Notes: generated from the letters alone by a model not told the origin. 64,000 nucleotides of DNA from an uncultured Verrucomicrobiae bacterium (GCA_963801815.1 CAWDGJ010000001.1:128001-192000); one strand, 5' to 3'. Shown: positions 46,280 through 57,180, numbered from the stretch's first letter. Numbers and translations: made by a program.

Positions 46280-47140
46280 TTAGTTGATGGTTGATAGTTG
46301 AGAGTTGAAAGCGACGCCGCGATTGTCAGCCGTGGTGATTATAATTTGCGAGCGCGTTTTTGCGGCGCGCTTCATGGCGGAACCAACTTTTTGCGCGTTG
46401 CGCAAGCAGACGCCGCAGATTGTCGAGCCACTGCCGCTCAAAAACGCACCAAGCGCGCCGGCTTCTTCAGCGGCGGCGATAACGCGTGGCAGAAATGGAA
46501 TTAGTTTCGCGCGAAACGGTTGATGAATGTGGTCCACGAACGCGCCCCTCAGGTTTTCGTAATTGCGCGACGCAAACGCAGCGGTGATTGCGCAGGCGTT
46601 ACCGGCGCTCTCGACCGCGGCCGTCCGGGAGATTCTCGCCGGCAGAATTTTTCGCGCAGCCGCTGTTCGGATTTCAAAATCGGGAATCAAGAGAACGAAC
46701 TGTAGTCGCTGAGAAACTTCAGAGCGCTGAACATTTTCACCGCGCGCGACGGTGAATCCGCCGAACGACGCTGGTGCGGCGTTATCCGGATGGCCCTCAA
46801 GCTCGGCGCACAATTGGAAGATCGACAATCGATCAAGTGACCGGCCGGCGAGATCGTTTAATCCATGCAACACAGCGAGACGAATGGTGGCGCTGCTCCC
46901 CAAACCGCGCGAGCACGGAATTTTTTCGTGCGCTGAGCAGGAGAACGCGAAATGGGGACGTTTCGTTCGCTTAAAAAACAGATCCGCCGCCTCCGCAACG
47001 ATCTTCTCCTGGGGTTGCCGATTGTTTGCGCGACTGATGGTGAAAGAGTTGTAAATGCGCAGCGCGACGCCGAGGCAATCGAATCCCGGACCGAGGTTCG
47101 AAGTGCTTGCCGGAACGCACACGGTTACTTGTTGCCTCAT
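46280..47140 (-). CDS. thrB: Homoserine kinase
   Basis: VPASTSNLGPGFDCLG, IP.SRGLGSSA, EGHPDN, LSGSGS; tail NSQLSTIN from heptamers. Confidence 0.96.
   Translation of the reverse strand: MRQQVTVCVPASTSNLGPGFDCLGVALRIYNSFTISRANNRQPQEKIVAEAADLFFKRTKRPHFAFSCSAHEKIPCSRGLGSSATIRLAVLHGLNDLAGRSLDRLSIFQLCAELEGHPDNAAPASFGGFTVARGENVQRSEVSQRLQFVLLIPDFEIRTAAARKILPARISRTAAVESAGNACAITAAFASRNYENLRGAFVDHIHQPFRAKLIPFLPRVIAAAEEAGALGAFLSGSGSTICGVCLRNAQKVGSAMKRAAKTRSQIIITTADNRGVAFNSQLSTIN
46281..46308. repeat. Four tandem heptamers at thrB 3' end
   Basis: Minus strand TCAACTC TCAACTA TCAACCA TCAACTA. Confidence 0.7.
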
Positions 47141-47151
47141 CGCGAATGTAA

Positions 47152-47208
47152 AGGTAAGGGCGATTGACCCCAATCGCCCGTAGGCGATTCGGTGAACCGC
47201 CCCTACCT
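47152..47208. repeat. GTAG-family REP doublet
   Basis: AGGTAAGGGCGATTGACCCCAATCGCCC...GGCGATTCGGTGAACCGCCCCTACCT; related to 9945 and 33427. Confidence 0.85.
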
Positions 47209-47226
47209 ATTCGACAAAACGAAAGA

Positions 47227-48141
47227 ATGAACAAGAACGAATGGATCGGCAGCGAATTGCTTCGTCAATTCGAAGCCGAAGGAACTACCGCGCACCGGCT
47301 TTGTACCACCGACGACGGTTGGGCAGAGCGTTTTGGTTCTGACGTTCTGATTTCGTTTCGAACTGAACAGGCGCGCGATCGATTGGCTTCGGAAGTTGGC
47401 GAATCAACGAAGTCGCTCGGGCTGTTGATCGCGCGTCTGTTCGGCCGGTTTTTGCCAAAGAAAAACGAGGACCGCGAGACACCCAAACTACTTTCGGGAA
47501 AAGAAAGTGAGAATTTGCGCACGGTCGCGACTGAAAATCATCTCAGGTTCGGAATCGACTTCGGTGCGGGTTACTCAGTCGGATTGTTTGTCGATCAACG
47601 TGAGAACCGTCGGTTTGTCCGGCAGGCAAGGCCAAAGCGGGTTCTCAATTGCTTCGCTTACACATGCTCGTTCTCCGTCGCAGCCGCGTCTGCCGGCGCT
47701 CAAACCGTGAGCGTCGATATTTCGAAGAAATCCCTCACTCGCGGCCGCGAAAATTTTGAGCTCAATGACTTATCGACCGAAGGACATGGCTTTATCACCG
47801 ACGACGTGCGCCCGGTCTTGCGACGAATGGCGCGCCGTAGTGAAAAATTCGACATGATCATCTTGGATCCCCCGACTTTTTCGCGAACCAAAGGCGGCCC
47901 TGCGTTCCATGTCGAAAAAGACTTCGAAGAGCTGATCGCGGCAGCTCTGGAAGTGACCGGGCGCAATGCGGAAGTGTTGCTTTCGACCAATTGTGAGACG
48001 CTAAATGAACAGGCGCTGGAGAGAATGGCGCGTTATTGCCTGAAACTCTCCAGGCGCACTGGGGCCCTGCATCGACAACCTGCCCCCTTGGACTTTCCGC
48101 CGGGAACCGCCGCGCGTTCGATTTGGTTGAGTTTGCGTTGA
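47227..48141 (+). CDS. RlmI/RlmK-like class I SAM methyltransferase
   Basis: GLFVDQRENR, VLNCFAYT, ILDPPTF. Confidence 0.9.
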   Translation: MNKNEWIGSELLRQFEAEGTTAHRLCTTDDGWAERFGSDVLISFRTEQARDRLASEVGESTKSLGLLIARLFGRFLPKKNEDRETPKLLSGKESENLRTVATENHLRFGIDFGAGYSVGLFVDQRENRRFVRQARPKRVLNCFAYTCSFSVAAASAGAQTVSVDISKKSLTRGRENFELNDLSTEGHGFITDDVRPVLRRMARRSEKFDMIILDPPTFSRTKGGPAFHVEKDFEELIAAALEVTGRNAEVLLSTNCETLNEQALERMARYCLKLSRRTGALHRQPAPLDFPPGTAARSIWLSLR

Positions 48142-48170
48142 CCAAATCGCAGGCGCGGCCAAGTTAACCA

Positions 48171-48449
48171 ATGGACGAAGGAAAACACGACGATTTAGCA
48201 GAACGCGGGTTGCGTTATACGCGCGAGCATTTCGATGACCTTCTTGCGCAAACGGAAACGTATGTTCGCGAAAATCCGGTACAGTCGCTCGCTTATGCAG
48301 TGCTGGCTGGGTTCGTTTTGAACCGGTTAGGCATCGGACGAATCATCAGGGGCATCGTGCGACTCGCGTTGTTAGCGCTCAAACCGGCAATCCTGATCTA
48401 CGGCGCGGCCAAGCTCTACGAAGCATCCCAGGAAGACGAGAAATTGTAG
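48171..48449 (+). CDS. Small membrane protein (YqjD/ElaB-like)
   Basis: YVRENP.QSL.YA..AGFVL. Confidence 0.65.
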   Translation: MDEGKHDDLAERGLRYTREHFDDLLAQTETYVRENPVQSLAYAVLAGFVLNRLGIGRIIRGIVRLALLALKPAILIYGAAKLYEASQEDEKL

Positions 48450-48498
48450 CGGCGGCCCTATGGGCCGCATCCTTGGCGTCGCACAGCGACGCCGCTAC
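48446..48498. repeat. GTAG REP doublet
   Basis: GTAGCGGCGGCCCTATGGGCCGC...GGCGTCGCACAGCGACGCCGCTAC. Confidence 0.88.
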
Positions 48499-48501
48499 CA
48501 A

Positions 48502-48711
48502 TTATCCCTCTAAGGTGAAGCCAACCTTCAGCGTTACCTGCCAGTGCGCGATCTTTCCCTCTTCCAGGTAACCACGGGTATCGATGACTTCGAACCAACG
48601 CATGTTGCGAACGGTCTTCTTTGCCCGCGCAATCGCGTTTTTCACTGCGTCTTCGACTCCCTTCGGCGACGAACCAACCAACTCGATTCTCTTGTAAATA
48701 TGATCAGCCAT
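48502..48711 (-). CDS. Dodecin (flavin-binding)
   Basis: [27 protein letters not shown]. Confidence 0.95.
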   Translation of the reverse strand: MADHIYKRIELVGSSPKGVEDAVKNAIARAKKTVRNMRWFEVIDTRGYLEEGKIAHWQVTLKVGFTLEG

Positions 48712-48753
48712 ATCTTCAGTTTTGAGTCGTCCGGGCGACAAGACAAATGAAAA

Positions 48754-48821
48754 TCACCACGAAAGTGGCGAAGGAATTCGGTTCGGTTCTAACTTCGTGG
48801 TCTTCGCTATCTTCGTGGTGA
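48754..48821. repeat. Nonamer-built inverted repeat (same family as 5833-5898)
   Basis: TCACCACGAAAGTGGCGAAG...CTTCGTGGTCTTCGCTATCTTCGTGGTGA. Confidence 0.7.
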
Positions 48822-48876
48822 CAAGTTTAAGTTGAGCACGCACTGTGGGTGGTTAGCGTCATTTCCCGAACTTCGA

Positions 48877-50859
48877 ATGAAGATCGACAATACTGCCAGT
48901 CCGGCTCGGACAAACATCGAGTCACACTTGAAGGAGAAGCGCGTCTTCAGACCTTCGAAGGAATTTTCGCGGACAGCGCGAATCAAGAACCTTGCCCAAT
49001 ACCGGCGGATGTATCTGGAGTCGATCAAGCGGCCCGACAAATTCTGGACGCGCGAGGCGAACGAATTGGTCTGGCAAAAGCGATGGCGAAAAGTCCTCGA
49101 ATGGAAACCACCGTTCGCGAAATGGTTCATAGGCGGCCAACTCAATCTTTCCGAGAATTGCCTCGATCGGCACCTCCCAACAAGCCGCCGGAACAAGGCC
49201 GCGATTCTGTGGGAAGGCGAGCCGGGTGAGCGGCGCACGCTCACGTATCAACAATTGCATCGCGAAGTTTGCCGGTTCGCCAACGTGCTCAAACGAAACA
49301 AGATCGGTAAAGGCGATCGCGTCATCATTTACATGCCGACCACGCCTGAAGTCGCGATCGCGATGCTGGCGTGCGCGCGAATCGGAGCGGTGCACTCTGT
49401 TGTTTTTGGCGGTTTTAGCGCGGACAGCATTCGCGATCGGATTGCGGACAGCGGCGCGATTGCGCTCATCACCGCGGACGGCAGTTATCGCCGCGGCGGT
49501 ATCGTTCCCTTGAAGAGAAATGTCGATGACGCGCTTCGCGGTCCCGCCGGGGCGGGATCAGTTCGACGGGTAATTGTTTTTCAGCGCGCCCACAATGAGA
49601 TCCACATGGAAGAAGGCCGCGATGTCTGGTGGCATCGCGAATTGGAATACGTAGACGACATTTGCCCCCCGACGCCGGTCGACAGCGAACATCCGCTTTA
49701 CATTCTTTACACCAGTGGTTCGACCGGAAAACCGAAAGGTATTCTGCACACGACCGGCGGTTATTTGGTCGGCATTTATTCGACGACCAAATACGTTTTC
49801 GACCTCCGTGAGGAAGACATTTACTGGTGCACCGCCGACGTCGGCTGGGTCACCGGGCACAGCTACGTCGTTTATGGTCCGCTCGCCAATGGCGCGACCA
49901 CGTTCATGTATGAAGGCGCGCCGAACTGGCCGGAGCCTGATCGCTTCTGGCGAATCATTTCACAAAACAAGATCAATATTCTCTACACCGCGCCGACGGC
50001 GATCCGCGCTTTCATTCGCTGGGGCGATCAATGGGTGAAGAAACACGATTTATCGTCGTTGCGATTGCTCGGAACCGTCGGCGAGCCGATTAATCCTGAA
50101 GCATGGATATGGTACCACAAAATAATTGGCGGCGGACGTTGTCCCGTGGTGGACACCTGGTGGCAAACTGAAACAGGCGCGATCATGATCACTCCATTGC
50201 CCGGTGCGATTCCAACGAAACCGGGAAGCGCGACCCTTCCTTTTTTTGGTGTCGATCCGGCGATTGTCGATTCAAATGGAGAAGAAGTGGGCGCGAATGT
50301 TGGCGGGAAACTAATTGTTCGCCGGCCGTGGCCGTCGATGTTGCGCACGATTTACGGCGACAAGGAGCGCTACAAGAAACAGTATTGGAGTGAATATCCC
50401 GGTAAATATTTGACCGGTGACGGCGCGCGGCGCGATGAGGACGGATATTTTTGGATCGTCGGCCGCATTGACGACGTCCTGAACGTTGCCGGGCATCGGC
50501 TCGGCACCTCTGAGATCGAAAGTGCGCTGGTAAGCCACGCGCGAGTCGCGGAAGCGGCGGTGGTGGGGCGGCCGGACGAATTGAAGGGACAAGGTGTAGT
50601 CGCGTTCGTAACTTTGAAGGCTGGAATTGATCCCTCTAATGACTTGAAGAGTGAATTGCGCGAGCATGTCAGCATTCACATCGGTGCGATTGCCAAACCG
50701 GATGAAGTCCGGTTTGCGGAAGCGCTGCCAAAGACGCGCAGCGGAAAAATCATGCGGCGGCTTCTGAAAGAAATCGCAACAGGCGCGAAAGTCACCGGCG
50801 ACACCACCACGCTGGAAGATTTCAGTGTCCTGGCAAAGCTGGCCGAATCGGAGGAATAA
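48877..50859 (+). CDS. acs: Acetyl-CoA synthetase
   Basis: [31 protein letters not shown]. Confidence 0.98.
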   Translation: MKIDNTASPARTNIESHLKEKRVFRPSKEFSRTARIKNLAQYRRMYLESIKRPDKFWTREANELVWQKRWRKVLEWKPPFAKWFIGGQLNLSENCLDRHLPTSRRNKAAILWEGEPGERRTLTYQQLHREVCRFANVLKRNKIGKGDRVIIYMPTTPEVAIAMLACARIGAVHSVVFGGFSADSIRDRIADSGAIALITADGSYRRGGIVPLKRNVDDALRGPAGAGSVRRVIVFQRAHNEIHMEEGRDVWWHRELEYVDDICPPTPVDSEHPLYILYTSGSTGKPKGILHTTGGYLVGIYSTTKYVFDLREEDIYWCTADVGWVTGHSYVVYGPLANGATTFMYEGAPNWPEPDRFWRIISQNKINILYTAPTAIRAFIRWGDQWVKKHDLSSLRLLGTVGEPINPEAWIWYHKIIGGGRCPVVDTWWQTETGAIMITPLPGAIPTKPGSATLPFFGVDPAIVDSNGEEVGANVGGKLIVRRPWPSMLRTIYGDKERYKKQYWSEYPGKYLTGDGARRDEDGYFWIVGRIDDVLNVAGHRLGTSEIESALVSHARVAEAAVVGRPDELKGQGVVAFVTLKAGIDPSNDLKSELREHVSIHIGAIAKPDEVRFAEALPKTRSGKIMRRLLKEIATGAKVTGDTTTLEDFSVLAKLAESEE

Positions 50860-50861
50860 TC

Positions 50862-52737
50862 TTGAGCTTCATTCGCACAGGTCTGCGTGAGATCGGACTA
50901 AAAATTCGCCGGCAGCGAACACGAATGATTTTGCGGCATGAGAAACGCGTGCTGCAGAAAAGCGAAATCGCGCTCGGTCGTGAAGGCACGTCACAGGCCG
51001 CAAATTTCCCCGAGCTGCGCAACGAGATTGTTGCGCTCAAAAAGCTCGAGCAGGAACAGAAGGAAGTCGCGCTTCGGATCGCGCAAATCGAAGAGGGGAT
51101 CAAGAAGATCGAGGGGCAGCGCGATGCGAACGTCAAAGAGCAAAGCGAGGCGATGGCAAAGTTGGAGACGGAGAAAAAGCCGGTCCTTCAACGGCGTAAC
51201 GATGCGAAGACCGCGGCCGAACTTTGCGAGCGCGAAGTGAATGCGGTCGAGCGCCGGATTCAGGAGAACGATGCGGCCGACCAGGAGCTGTTGAAAAAAT
51301 TGTCTGAACTGCAGGCGGCGAACCCGCCAGCGGCCGACCTCGAAACCCAAGTGGCTGGCATCGGCGCGCGGCGGGCGCGTTTGCCCGACGAACGCGCCGA
51401 ATTGGTCCGCGCCCGAATGGGAAGTACTGACGCGTCACGACTGGCGAAAGAAAAACTCGCTTCCGCAGAGGAAGAACTCGCCGCAATCGAAAAAAATACC
51501 GCAAAGGTCCGTGGCGAATACGAAGCGCGCGACAAAGGATTCGCCGACAGCATTAAGTCGCAACAGGAAGCCGTTCGCGAGGCGAAGCAACATCATCAAG
51601 TTGTCGAAGAACGGAAGAATCCCGCGTACTTAAACATTGGCCGCCATCTCGCGTCTCAGGGAATCGCGCCGCCAAACGCGCCGCATTTGCTTGAGCACGT
51701 GAGAAAGCATCGGTACGTCGGTCGAGGAATATTTAAAACACACTGCCGAGTTGGCGCTGCTTTCTAGCAAGATCGACAAACAGGAGCTGCGCCAATTTTA
51801 TTTCAGCGTAGTTTCGGGCATCGCCCTGCTGGCGATCATTCTGCCGTTGGTCGCAAAATCGCCGCGCAAGCGCGAATGGTTGCCGCAACAAACCGAAGCG
51901 ATCCTGTCGATCAACACGGACCAGTTTAGTAAGAGCGACTTGCTCAAGCGCTGGCAAAAGGAGCAACCCGATGCCTACCAGGCAGTTTGGAACGGATTGA
52001 TCGGCCCGGCCGCCCGCGCGCCAGTTTTGAATTTACCGCGAGACGCGGTTCAGATCACGCGGGCAACGACGATTTCCGACAACGGTAGTACCCGTGAATT
52101 CATTTTGATCGAGACGCGCGCCGATCTTTCGAGCGTCGTTCGAGTAGTCCAGACCGACAAAGACTTTCAGCGGCGGACGATTAGCGGACTGCATGTATGG
52201 GAGAAACCGGATTTGGCGCTGGCGCGCGTCGGATCGCAGACGCTTGCCATCGGAACTTCCAGCGAAGTGGATGAGCTTGTTCGCGTCCGACTTGGGATCG
52301 ATCTCGACCTGAAGATCACCGGCCAGTTGTTTGATCGATTCGAAGCATTGGACAGCGAGAGCGCGGTCCGGCTGATTTCCCGGGATCCGCTCGATTTGCC
52401 GCGCATGTTTCATTCGGTTTTCGTGCCTGAACTGCTGGACAGCACGCAACTGCTCGGACTTGCTTTAACTTTCCAAAATCCTGTGAAAGCGCGGTTGCTC
52501 TTGAAAATGAAAACGCCGGAGAATGCCTCCGAGTTTGCGCGTGATTTGCATAACGAGCCGCAAAAATGGCTGCGGCTCCAGGATTCAAATTTGATGCTCT
52601 ATGCGCAGCCGCCCGATGTCTCGCGTCAGGCCGTGAACCTTGAGGTTCATTTCATCGTGCCCGACGAAACCGCGCGCCTCCTCTTGCAACGAATCGCGAA
52701 AACGGACCCAGCCGGCGCGGTTGCAGGCGGCAATTGA
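50862..52737 (+). CDS. Coiled-coil membrane-anchored hypothetical protein, frameshifted near 51715-51750
   Basis: Overlapping ORFs 50862-51767 and 51751-52737; coiled coil, TM, then periplasmic domain. Confidence 0.6.
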
Positions 52738-52772
52738 TCAGCCCAGCGGTTTGAGCTTATAATTGCCGCCCA

Positions 52773-53432
52773 ATGTTGCGTTTTCAGCTCTTTTCACTCG
52801 TTGTCGCCATCTCGATATCGATTCTGCCGGCGTCGCGGGCAGCTACACCGGAGCTCGTGGATATTGCGACGGTCGATCCGACCATCGTCATTGATTTGCG
52901 ATACGCCACCGAGAAGAATGTGACCGGACACGCGTTGTATGCGCGCGGAACGAAGGCTTTGATTTTGCCAAGCGTGGCCCAGCAGCTAGCCGGTGCGCAA
53001 AAATATCTTCAACAATTTCGTTATCGATTGAAGATCTGGGACGCGTATCGGCCAAAGGCAGCGCAGGAGTTGCTTTGGAAATACGCGGCTAAGGACCAAT
53101 ACGTTGCGAATCCGGAGAAAGGCTTCGGTTCGATGCATTCTTACGGCGTCTCGGTCGATGCGACGTTGGTGGATGACTGGAGCCAGGACGCAACGATGCC
53201 GACCAGGTTCGATGAGTTCACGCCGCAAGCGATGATGGGTTACGTGGGCCGCGACCCGTCGGTAAAGCAGCACTTGACGTTGTTGCAGCTCGCAATGGCG
53301 CACAATAATTTCTACGGCCTGCGCGTTGAGTGGTGGCATTTCACTACCGCCGACTGGAAAAAATACGTGCCGTATTGGGAAGATCCACAAGTGTCGCAAG
53401 CGGAGAAAGCTGCCGCTGAGCCCAAAGGCTAA
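52773..53432 (+). CDS. ddpX: D-Ala-D-Ala dipeptidase (M15D, DdpX/VanX family)
   Basis: DLRYAT..N, WDAYRP, SMHSYGVSVD, EWWHF; signal peptide. Confidence 0.9.
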   Translation: MLRFQLFSLVVAISISILPASRAATPELVDIATVDPTIVIDLRYATEKNVTGHALYARGTKALILPSVAQQLAGAQKYLQQFRYRLKIWDAYRPKAAQELLWKYAAKDQYVANPEKGFGSMHSYGVSVDATLVDDWSQDATMPTRFDEFTPQAMMGYVGRDPSVKQHLTLLQLAMAHNNFYGLRVEWWHFTTADWKKYVPYWEDPQVSQAEKAAAEPKG

Positions 53433-53447
53433 TTGTTTGTCCCTTAG

Positions 53448-53954
53448 ATGATCGACGCCCTCTTGCGGGACCTTCGTCAGCCGGAATACATCCACGTTCT
53501 ACTCAATCCGTTGCCAGTCTATGGACTGGCGATGGGATTACTGGGACTGATCGTTGCGTTTTTTATGCGAAACCGGCCGGCGCAAATCGCGACGCTTATC
53601 ATCGTTTTGATCTGCGCGGCTTCAGCCTGGCCGGTTTATGAATTCGGCCAGCAAGCCAAGGACCGCGTGCTTTCGATGGAAAATGAAGTTGGCGACGCCT
53701 GGTTGGAAGAACACCAAGACCGCGCGGAGGATTTGATTTGGATGTTCTACGCGCTCGCAGTTCTAAGCGCGATCGCGCTCGTTGCTCCAAAAAAATGGCC
53801 GCGCTCCGCTATGCCACTGGTCGCGGTTGTCGTTTTCCTTGGCCTTGCCACTTTGGGCGCGGGCGGCTACATCGCTTATGCTGGCGGCAAAATTCGTCAT
53901 CGCGAATTTCGAAACGTTCCGCCGCCGCAGAAAAAGCCTGGGGAAGAGCACTAG
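53448..53954 (+). CDS. DUF2231-like membrane protein
   Basis: HVLLNPLP, EEH, GGKIRH.E; four TMs. Confidence 0.65.
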   Translation: MIDALLRDLRQPEYIHVLLNPLPVYGLAMGLLGLIVAFFMRNRPAQIATLIIVLICAASAWPVYEFGQQAKDRVLSMENEVGDAWLEEHQDRAEDLIWMFYALAVLSAIALVAPKKWPRSAMPLVAVVVFLGLATLGAGGYIAYAGGKIRHREFRNVPPPQKKPGEEH

Positions 53955-53960
53955 GATTAA

Positions 53961-54011
53961 AAGCGCTCCGCCTGGCATTTTGGTTTCGGCAAGCGACGCG
54001 CTTGCCCTACA
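53961..54011. repeat. Eroded GTAG REP doublet
   Basis: GGCAAGCGACGCGCTTGCCCTACA with partial partner AAGCGCTCCGCCTGGC. Confidence 0.7.
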
Positions 54012-54020
54012 GTTTCTCTT

Positions 54021-55442
54021 GTGACCACTGATCTCGAGCGCGCCGAGGAGAACATCGAAACGCGCAGCGAATCGCTCAAGAAGCCGCTCGGCCTCTTCGA
54101 CCTCGTCCTTACCCAGGTTCTATTTGTAGTTGGCTCAAGCTGGGTTGGTGCCGCCGCAAAACTCGGACAAGCGCATCTTTTCTTTTGGTTGCTCGCCATT
54201 TTACTTTTCTATATTCCGCAGGCTGCGGTCGTCATCTACTTGAGCAACCGGATTCCGCTTGAAGGCGGCATTTATCAATGGGCCAAGCTCGCCTTTAACG
54301 AGTTCGCCGGATTCATAACCGCATGGAATTTGTGGCTGCTTTCCATCACGGTAATCGCGCTTGGTGGCATGTTCGTCACCACAAACGTTTCCTATGCTCT
54401 CGACGCAGCCTGGATGCCAAACAATAGATGGTGCGTTTCCCTAATCAGCTCTGCGCTGGTGGTTGGCCTGGGTTGGGCTTGCCTCCGCGGCCTTTCGTTA
54501 GGCAAATGGCTTCACAATATCGGCGCCTTCGCCATGTTTTTAGTTTATGGGGCGCTGATTTTCCTGCCGTTACTCGGTCTTGCGCGTGGCGAAATAAAAA
54601 ATTACCAGCCGTTCCCGCTCGCCTTGCCGACGATGTCGATTTTTTATTGTTTCAATATTTTTACAAAACTCGGCATTGGCGCGTTAAGCGGATTTGAATA
54701 CGTTGCCATTCTTGCCGGTGAAACGCGGTCGCCCGCGCGAGACATCGGACGCTCTGTTCTGATTGCGGCGCCCGTTATCGCGTTGATGTTTATTCTCGGC
54801 ACGAGTTCTGTGCTCGCTTTCGTCGGGACTAACCCGATCGATCTGATTGGCCCCGTCCCGCAAACCCTGCGGCTCGGACTGCACTCGTTCCCGATTGCCG
54901 GCGCGATTGCGTCGGCTGGCATTTTGTTAATGACCGTTCGGACGATTTCTTCGACGAGCGTTCACGTCACCGGCAGTTCGCGATTACCGATGGTCGCAGG
55001 CTGGGACCAATTGCTTCCCGCGTGGTTTTCTCGTTTGCATCCGCGTTACAAAACTCCGGTAAACTCGATCATCTTCGTCGGAACACTCACCCTCGTGATC
55101 GCAATAGCGAGCCAAGTCGGAACGGGCATTCAGGAAGCGTTTCAACTGGTTGATAACGCCGCTAATGTTTTCTACGGAATCGTATATTTCATGATGTTCG
55201 CAATTCCGCTTATCGGCGCGGTCGGAGTTCGCACCAATTCGATTTGGCTGCGCGTTGCTGCGATCTGCGGCGCCGTCGTTGCGCTCTCTGCGATTTTTTT
55301 CACCGTCTATCCGATCATCGACGTTCCAAGCCCGCTGATCTTTGGGGCAAAGATCGCCGCCGTGACGATCATCGCCAACGCGATCGGTGTCACGATCTAT
55401 CTGCTTGCCAACAGACGTCGAAGCGCGCCTTTTCAAAGTTGA
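54021..55442 (+). CDS. APC family amino acid permease
   Basis: PLEGGIYQW, SGFE...LAGE, about 12 TMs, LHPRYKTP. Confidence 0.93.
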   Translation: MTTDLERAEENIETRSESLKKPLGLFDLVLTQVLFVVGSSWVGAAAKLGQAHLFFWLLAILLFYIPQAAVVIYLSNRIPLEGGIYQWAKLAFNEFAGFITAWNLWLLSITVIALGGMFVTTNVSYALDAAWMPNNRWCVSLISSALVVGLGWACLRGLSLGKWLHNIGAFAMFLVYGALIFLPLLGLARGEIKNYQPFPLALPTMSIFYCFNIFTKLGIGALSGFEYVAILAGETRSPARDIGRSVLIAAPVIALMFILGTSSVLAFVGTNPIDLIGPVPQTLRLGLHSFPIAGAIASAGILLMTVRTISSTSVHVTGSSRLPMVAGWDQLLPAWFSRLHPRYKTPVNSIIFVGTLTLVIAIASQVGTGIQEAFQLVDNAANVFYGIVYFMMFAIPLIGAVGVRTNSIWLRVAAICGAVVALSAIFFTVYPIIDVPSPLIFGAKIAAVTIIANAIGVTIYLLANRRRSAPFQS

Positions 55443-55550
55443 ATGCTTATTGCATTCAACTTTCCGAGGGTAATCAACAACTTGAATGCTTTATGCATTC
55501 AAGTTGATTAGCGAGCTGGGAATCTTGAATGCATAAAGCATTCAAGATTC
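55435..55550. repeat. Array of three 21-bp palindromes with 43-bp period
   Basis: TTGAATGC-N5-GCATTCAA starting at 55439, 55482 and 55525. Confidence 0.9.
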
Positions 55551-55871
55551 TGGAAGCCAGCTTTCGACAACCCAGCGCAAGTATGCGGGTAAACCGCTGG
55601 AGACCAGAACGAAAATTATTTCAGGCACTTCGTAAGGATGAAGCGAGCGGAGTTTTTCTTGGAACGCGGATCGTCGATCTTCACTTAGTTTGAACAGGAC
55701 CAGGGTTTCGATTCCGGTCTCAAGCTTTTCTTTCCAGCGATAGATCGATTCGATCGCCGGCAAAATATTTGCGCAGGCCGCGAATTTCTCTGTGACGAGC
55801 TGCGTTGAGATTCGTTGGGCGGTTTCCCGGTCTGGAAATGTACTGAGCGCCAGCAGAATTCTGTCCGCCAT
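55542..55871 (-). CDS. cutA: Divalent-cation tolerance protein CutA
   Basis: AACAN, SIYRW, HPYEVPEI, YLRWV. Confidence 0.95.
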   Translation of the reverse strand: MADRILLALSTFPDRETAQRISTQLVTEKFAACANILPAIESIYRWKEKLETGIETLVLFKLSEDRRSAFQEKLRSLHPYEVPEIIFVLVSSGLPAYLRWVVESWLPES

Positions 55872-55874
55872 TCG

Positions 55875-56993
55875 TCAGGCTGGGACCAAAGCTTCAACCC
55901 GCCTAGCCGGCTCGGTGCGGCAAATCCAGCCGCCACCAATCACGACGTCGCCATCGTAAATTACTGCCGCCTGGCCAGGCGTGACCGCCCGCTGCGGTTC
56001 ATGTAAACGGATGTGCGCGCGATTGTTTGCCAATGGAGTGACTGTCGCGGGTGCTCCAGGATGACTGTAACGAATCTTGACCGTGATATCCGCATCTCCA
56101 GACGGCAAATCGCTTGCGATCCAGTTCACGCGATCGATTTCGAATTCGTCGCAAACCAAATCGTCCGCGTTGCCAACAATCACGCGATTCGTTTCCGGAT
56201 CGAGATCGACAACATAACGCGGCCGCGGCGATCCGCCCGGAAGCCCTTTGCGTTGACCGATGGTGAAAAGCTCGATCCCGTCGTGTTCGGCGATGAAGTT
56301 TCCGTCGACGTCGTAGATCTCGCCGCGATGAAATTCCTTTTCGCCAAGGTGCGAACGCAGGAACGCCTTGTAATCGTTGCCGGGTACGAAGCAGATTTCC
56401 TGACTGTCGACCTTGTCGGCGACTTTCAGGCCTAACGAATGCGCGATTTTCCGGATCTCCGGCTTTTGCATCGGCCCGAGCGGTGTCAGTGCGCGCTGCA
56501 ACTGCGGCTGTCGCAGGCTGAACAGAAAATATGATTGGTCTTTGCGCGGATCGATACCCTTGCGCAAAATGGCTCGGTCGCTCTCATGTTCGATAATCGC
56601 GTAATGGCCTGTGGCGATGTAATCGCAGCCGAGAGCTTCGGCTTTGCCCCACAAATTGCCGAACTTCAGCTTTTCATTGCAGATTACGCAAGGATTTGGC
56701 GTGCGACCAACCTGATATTCGCTCGTGAAATAATCGATCACCGTCCGCTCGAACAAGTCTGCCTCGTCGACCACGTAATGCGGAATGCCTAACGAATGCG
56801 CGACCGCGCGCGCGTCAGCCACAGCCTGCGGCCCGCAGCATTTATCTTCTGCGCGCGAAATGCAATCTTGGGGCCAGACTTTCATCGTTACACCGACGAC
56901 GTCGTAGCCTTGCTCGCGCAACAAATAGCCGGTGACGCTGGAGTCGACTCCACCGCTCATGCCCAGCAGGACGCGCTGCTTCTTTCCGTTCAT
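55875..56993 (-). CDS. mnmA: tRNA 2-thiouridine(34) synthase
   Basis: MSGGVDSSV, TPNPC..CN, ATGHY, KDQSYFL, DSQEICF, TIGQRKG, VTPGQ. Confidence 0.98.
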   Translation of the reverse strand: MNGKKQRVLLGMSGGVDSSVTGYLLREQGYDVVGVTMKVWPQDCISRAEDKCCGPQAVADARAVAHSLGIPHYVVDEADLFERTVIDYFTSEYQVGRTPNPCVICNEKLKFGNLWGKAEALGCDYIATGHYAIIEHESDRAILRKGIDPRKDQSYFLFSLRQPQLQRALTPLGPMQKPEIRKIAHSLGLKVADKVDSQEICFVPGNDYKAFLRSHLGEKEFHRGEIYDVDGNFIAEHDGIELFTIGQRKGLPGGSPRPRYVVDLDPETNRVIVGNADDLVCDEFEIDRVNWIASDLPSGDADITVKIRYSHPGAPATVTPLANNRAHIRLHEPQRAVTPGQAAVIYDGDVVIGGGWICRTEPARRVEALVPA

Positions 56994-57040
56994 CGGACGA
57001 AGAACTTCGTTTATTAAGAAGACGAGTCAACGGTAGCTAG

Positions 57041-57180
57041 AATCCAAAACTCCAAATCCCAAATCCCAGACAAAGTTGCAAATCCCGAAATTCGAAACAA
57101 CTGAAGCGCGTGATTATTGTTTGGGCATTGGAGTTTGGAATTTGCCTGATGTTTGGGGTTTGGAACCTGGAGTTTGGGTT
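57041..57180. repeat. Heptamer-built inverted repeat overlapping mpg 3' end
   Basis: CCAAAAC/TCCAAAT/CCCAAAT left arm and TTTGGGC/TTGGAGT/TTGGAAT right arm; architecture like 13678-13825. Confidence 0.75.

Noticed and set aside
52773..53432. Vancomycin resistance cluster
   Set aside because: Lone M15D dipeptidase with a signal peptide; no vanA/vanH/vanRS.
55435..55550. CRISPR array
   Set aside because: Only three units, 21-nt repeats and 22-nt spacers are short, the third loop is inverted, and there are no cas genes or leader; kept as an unexplained repeat.
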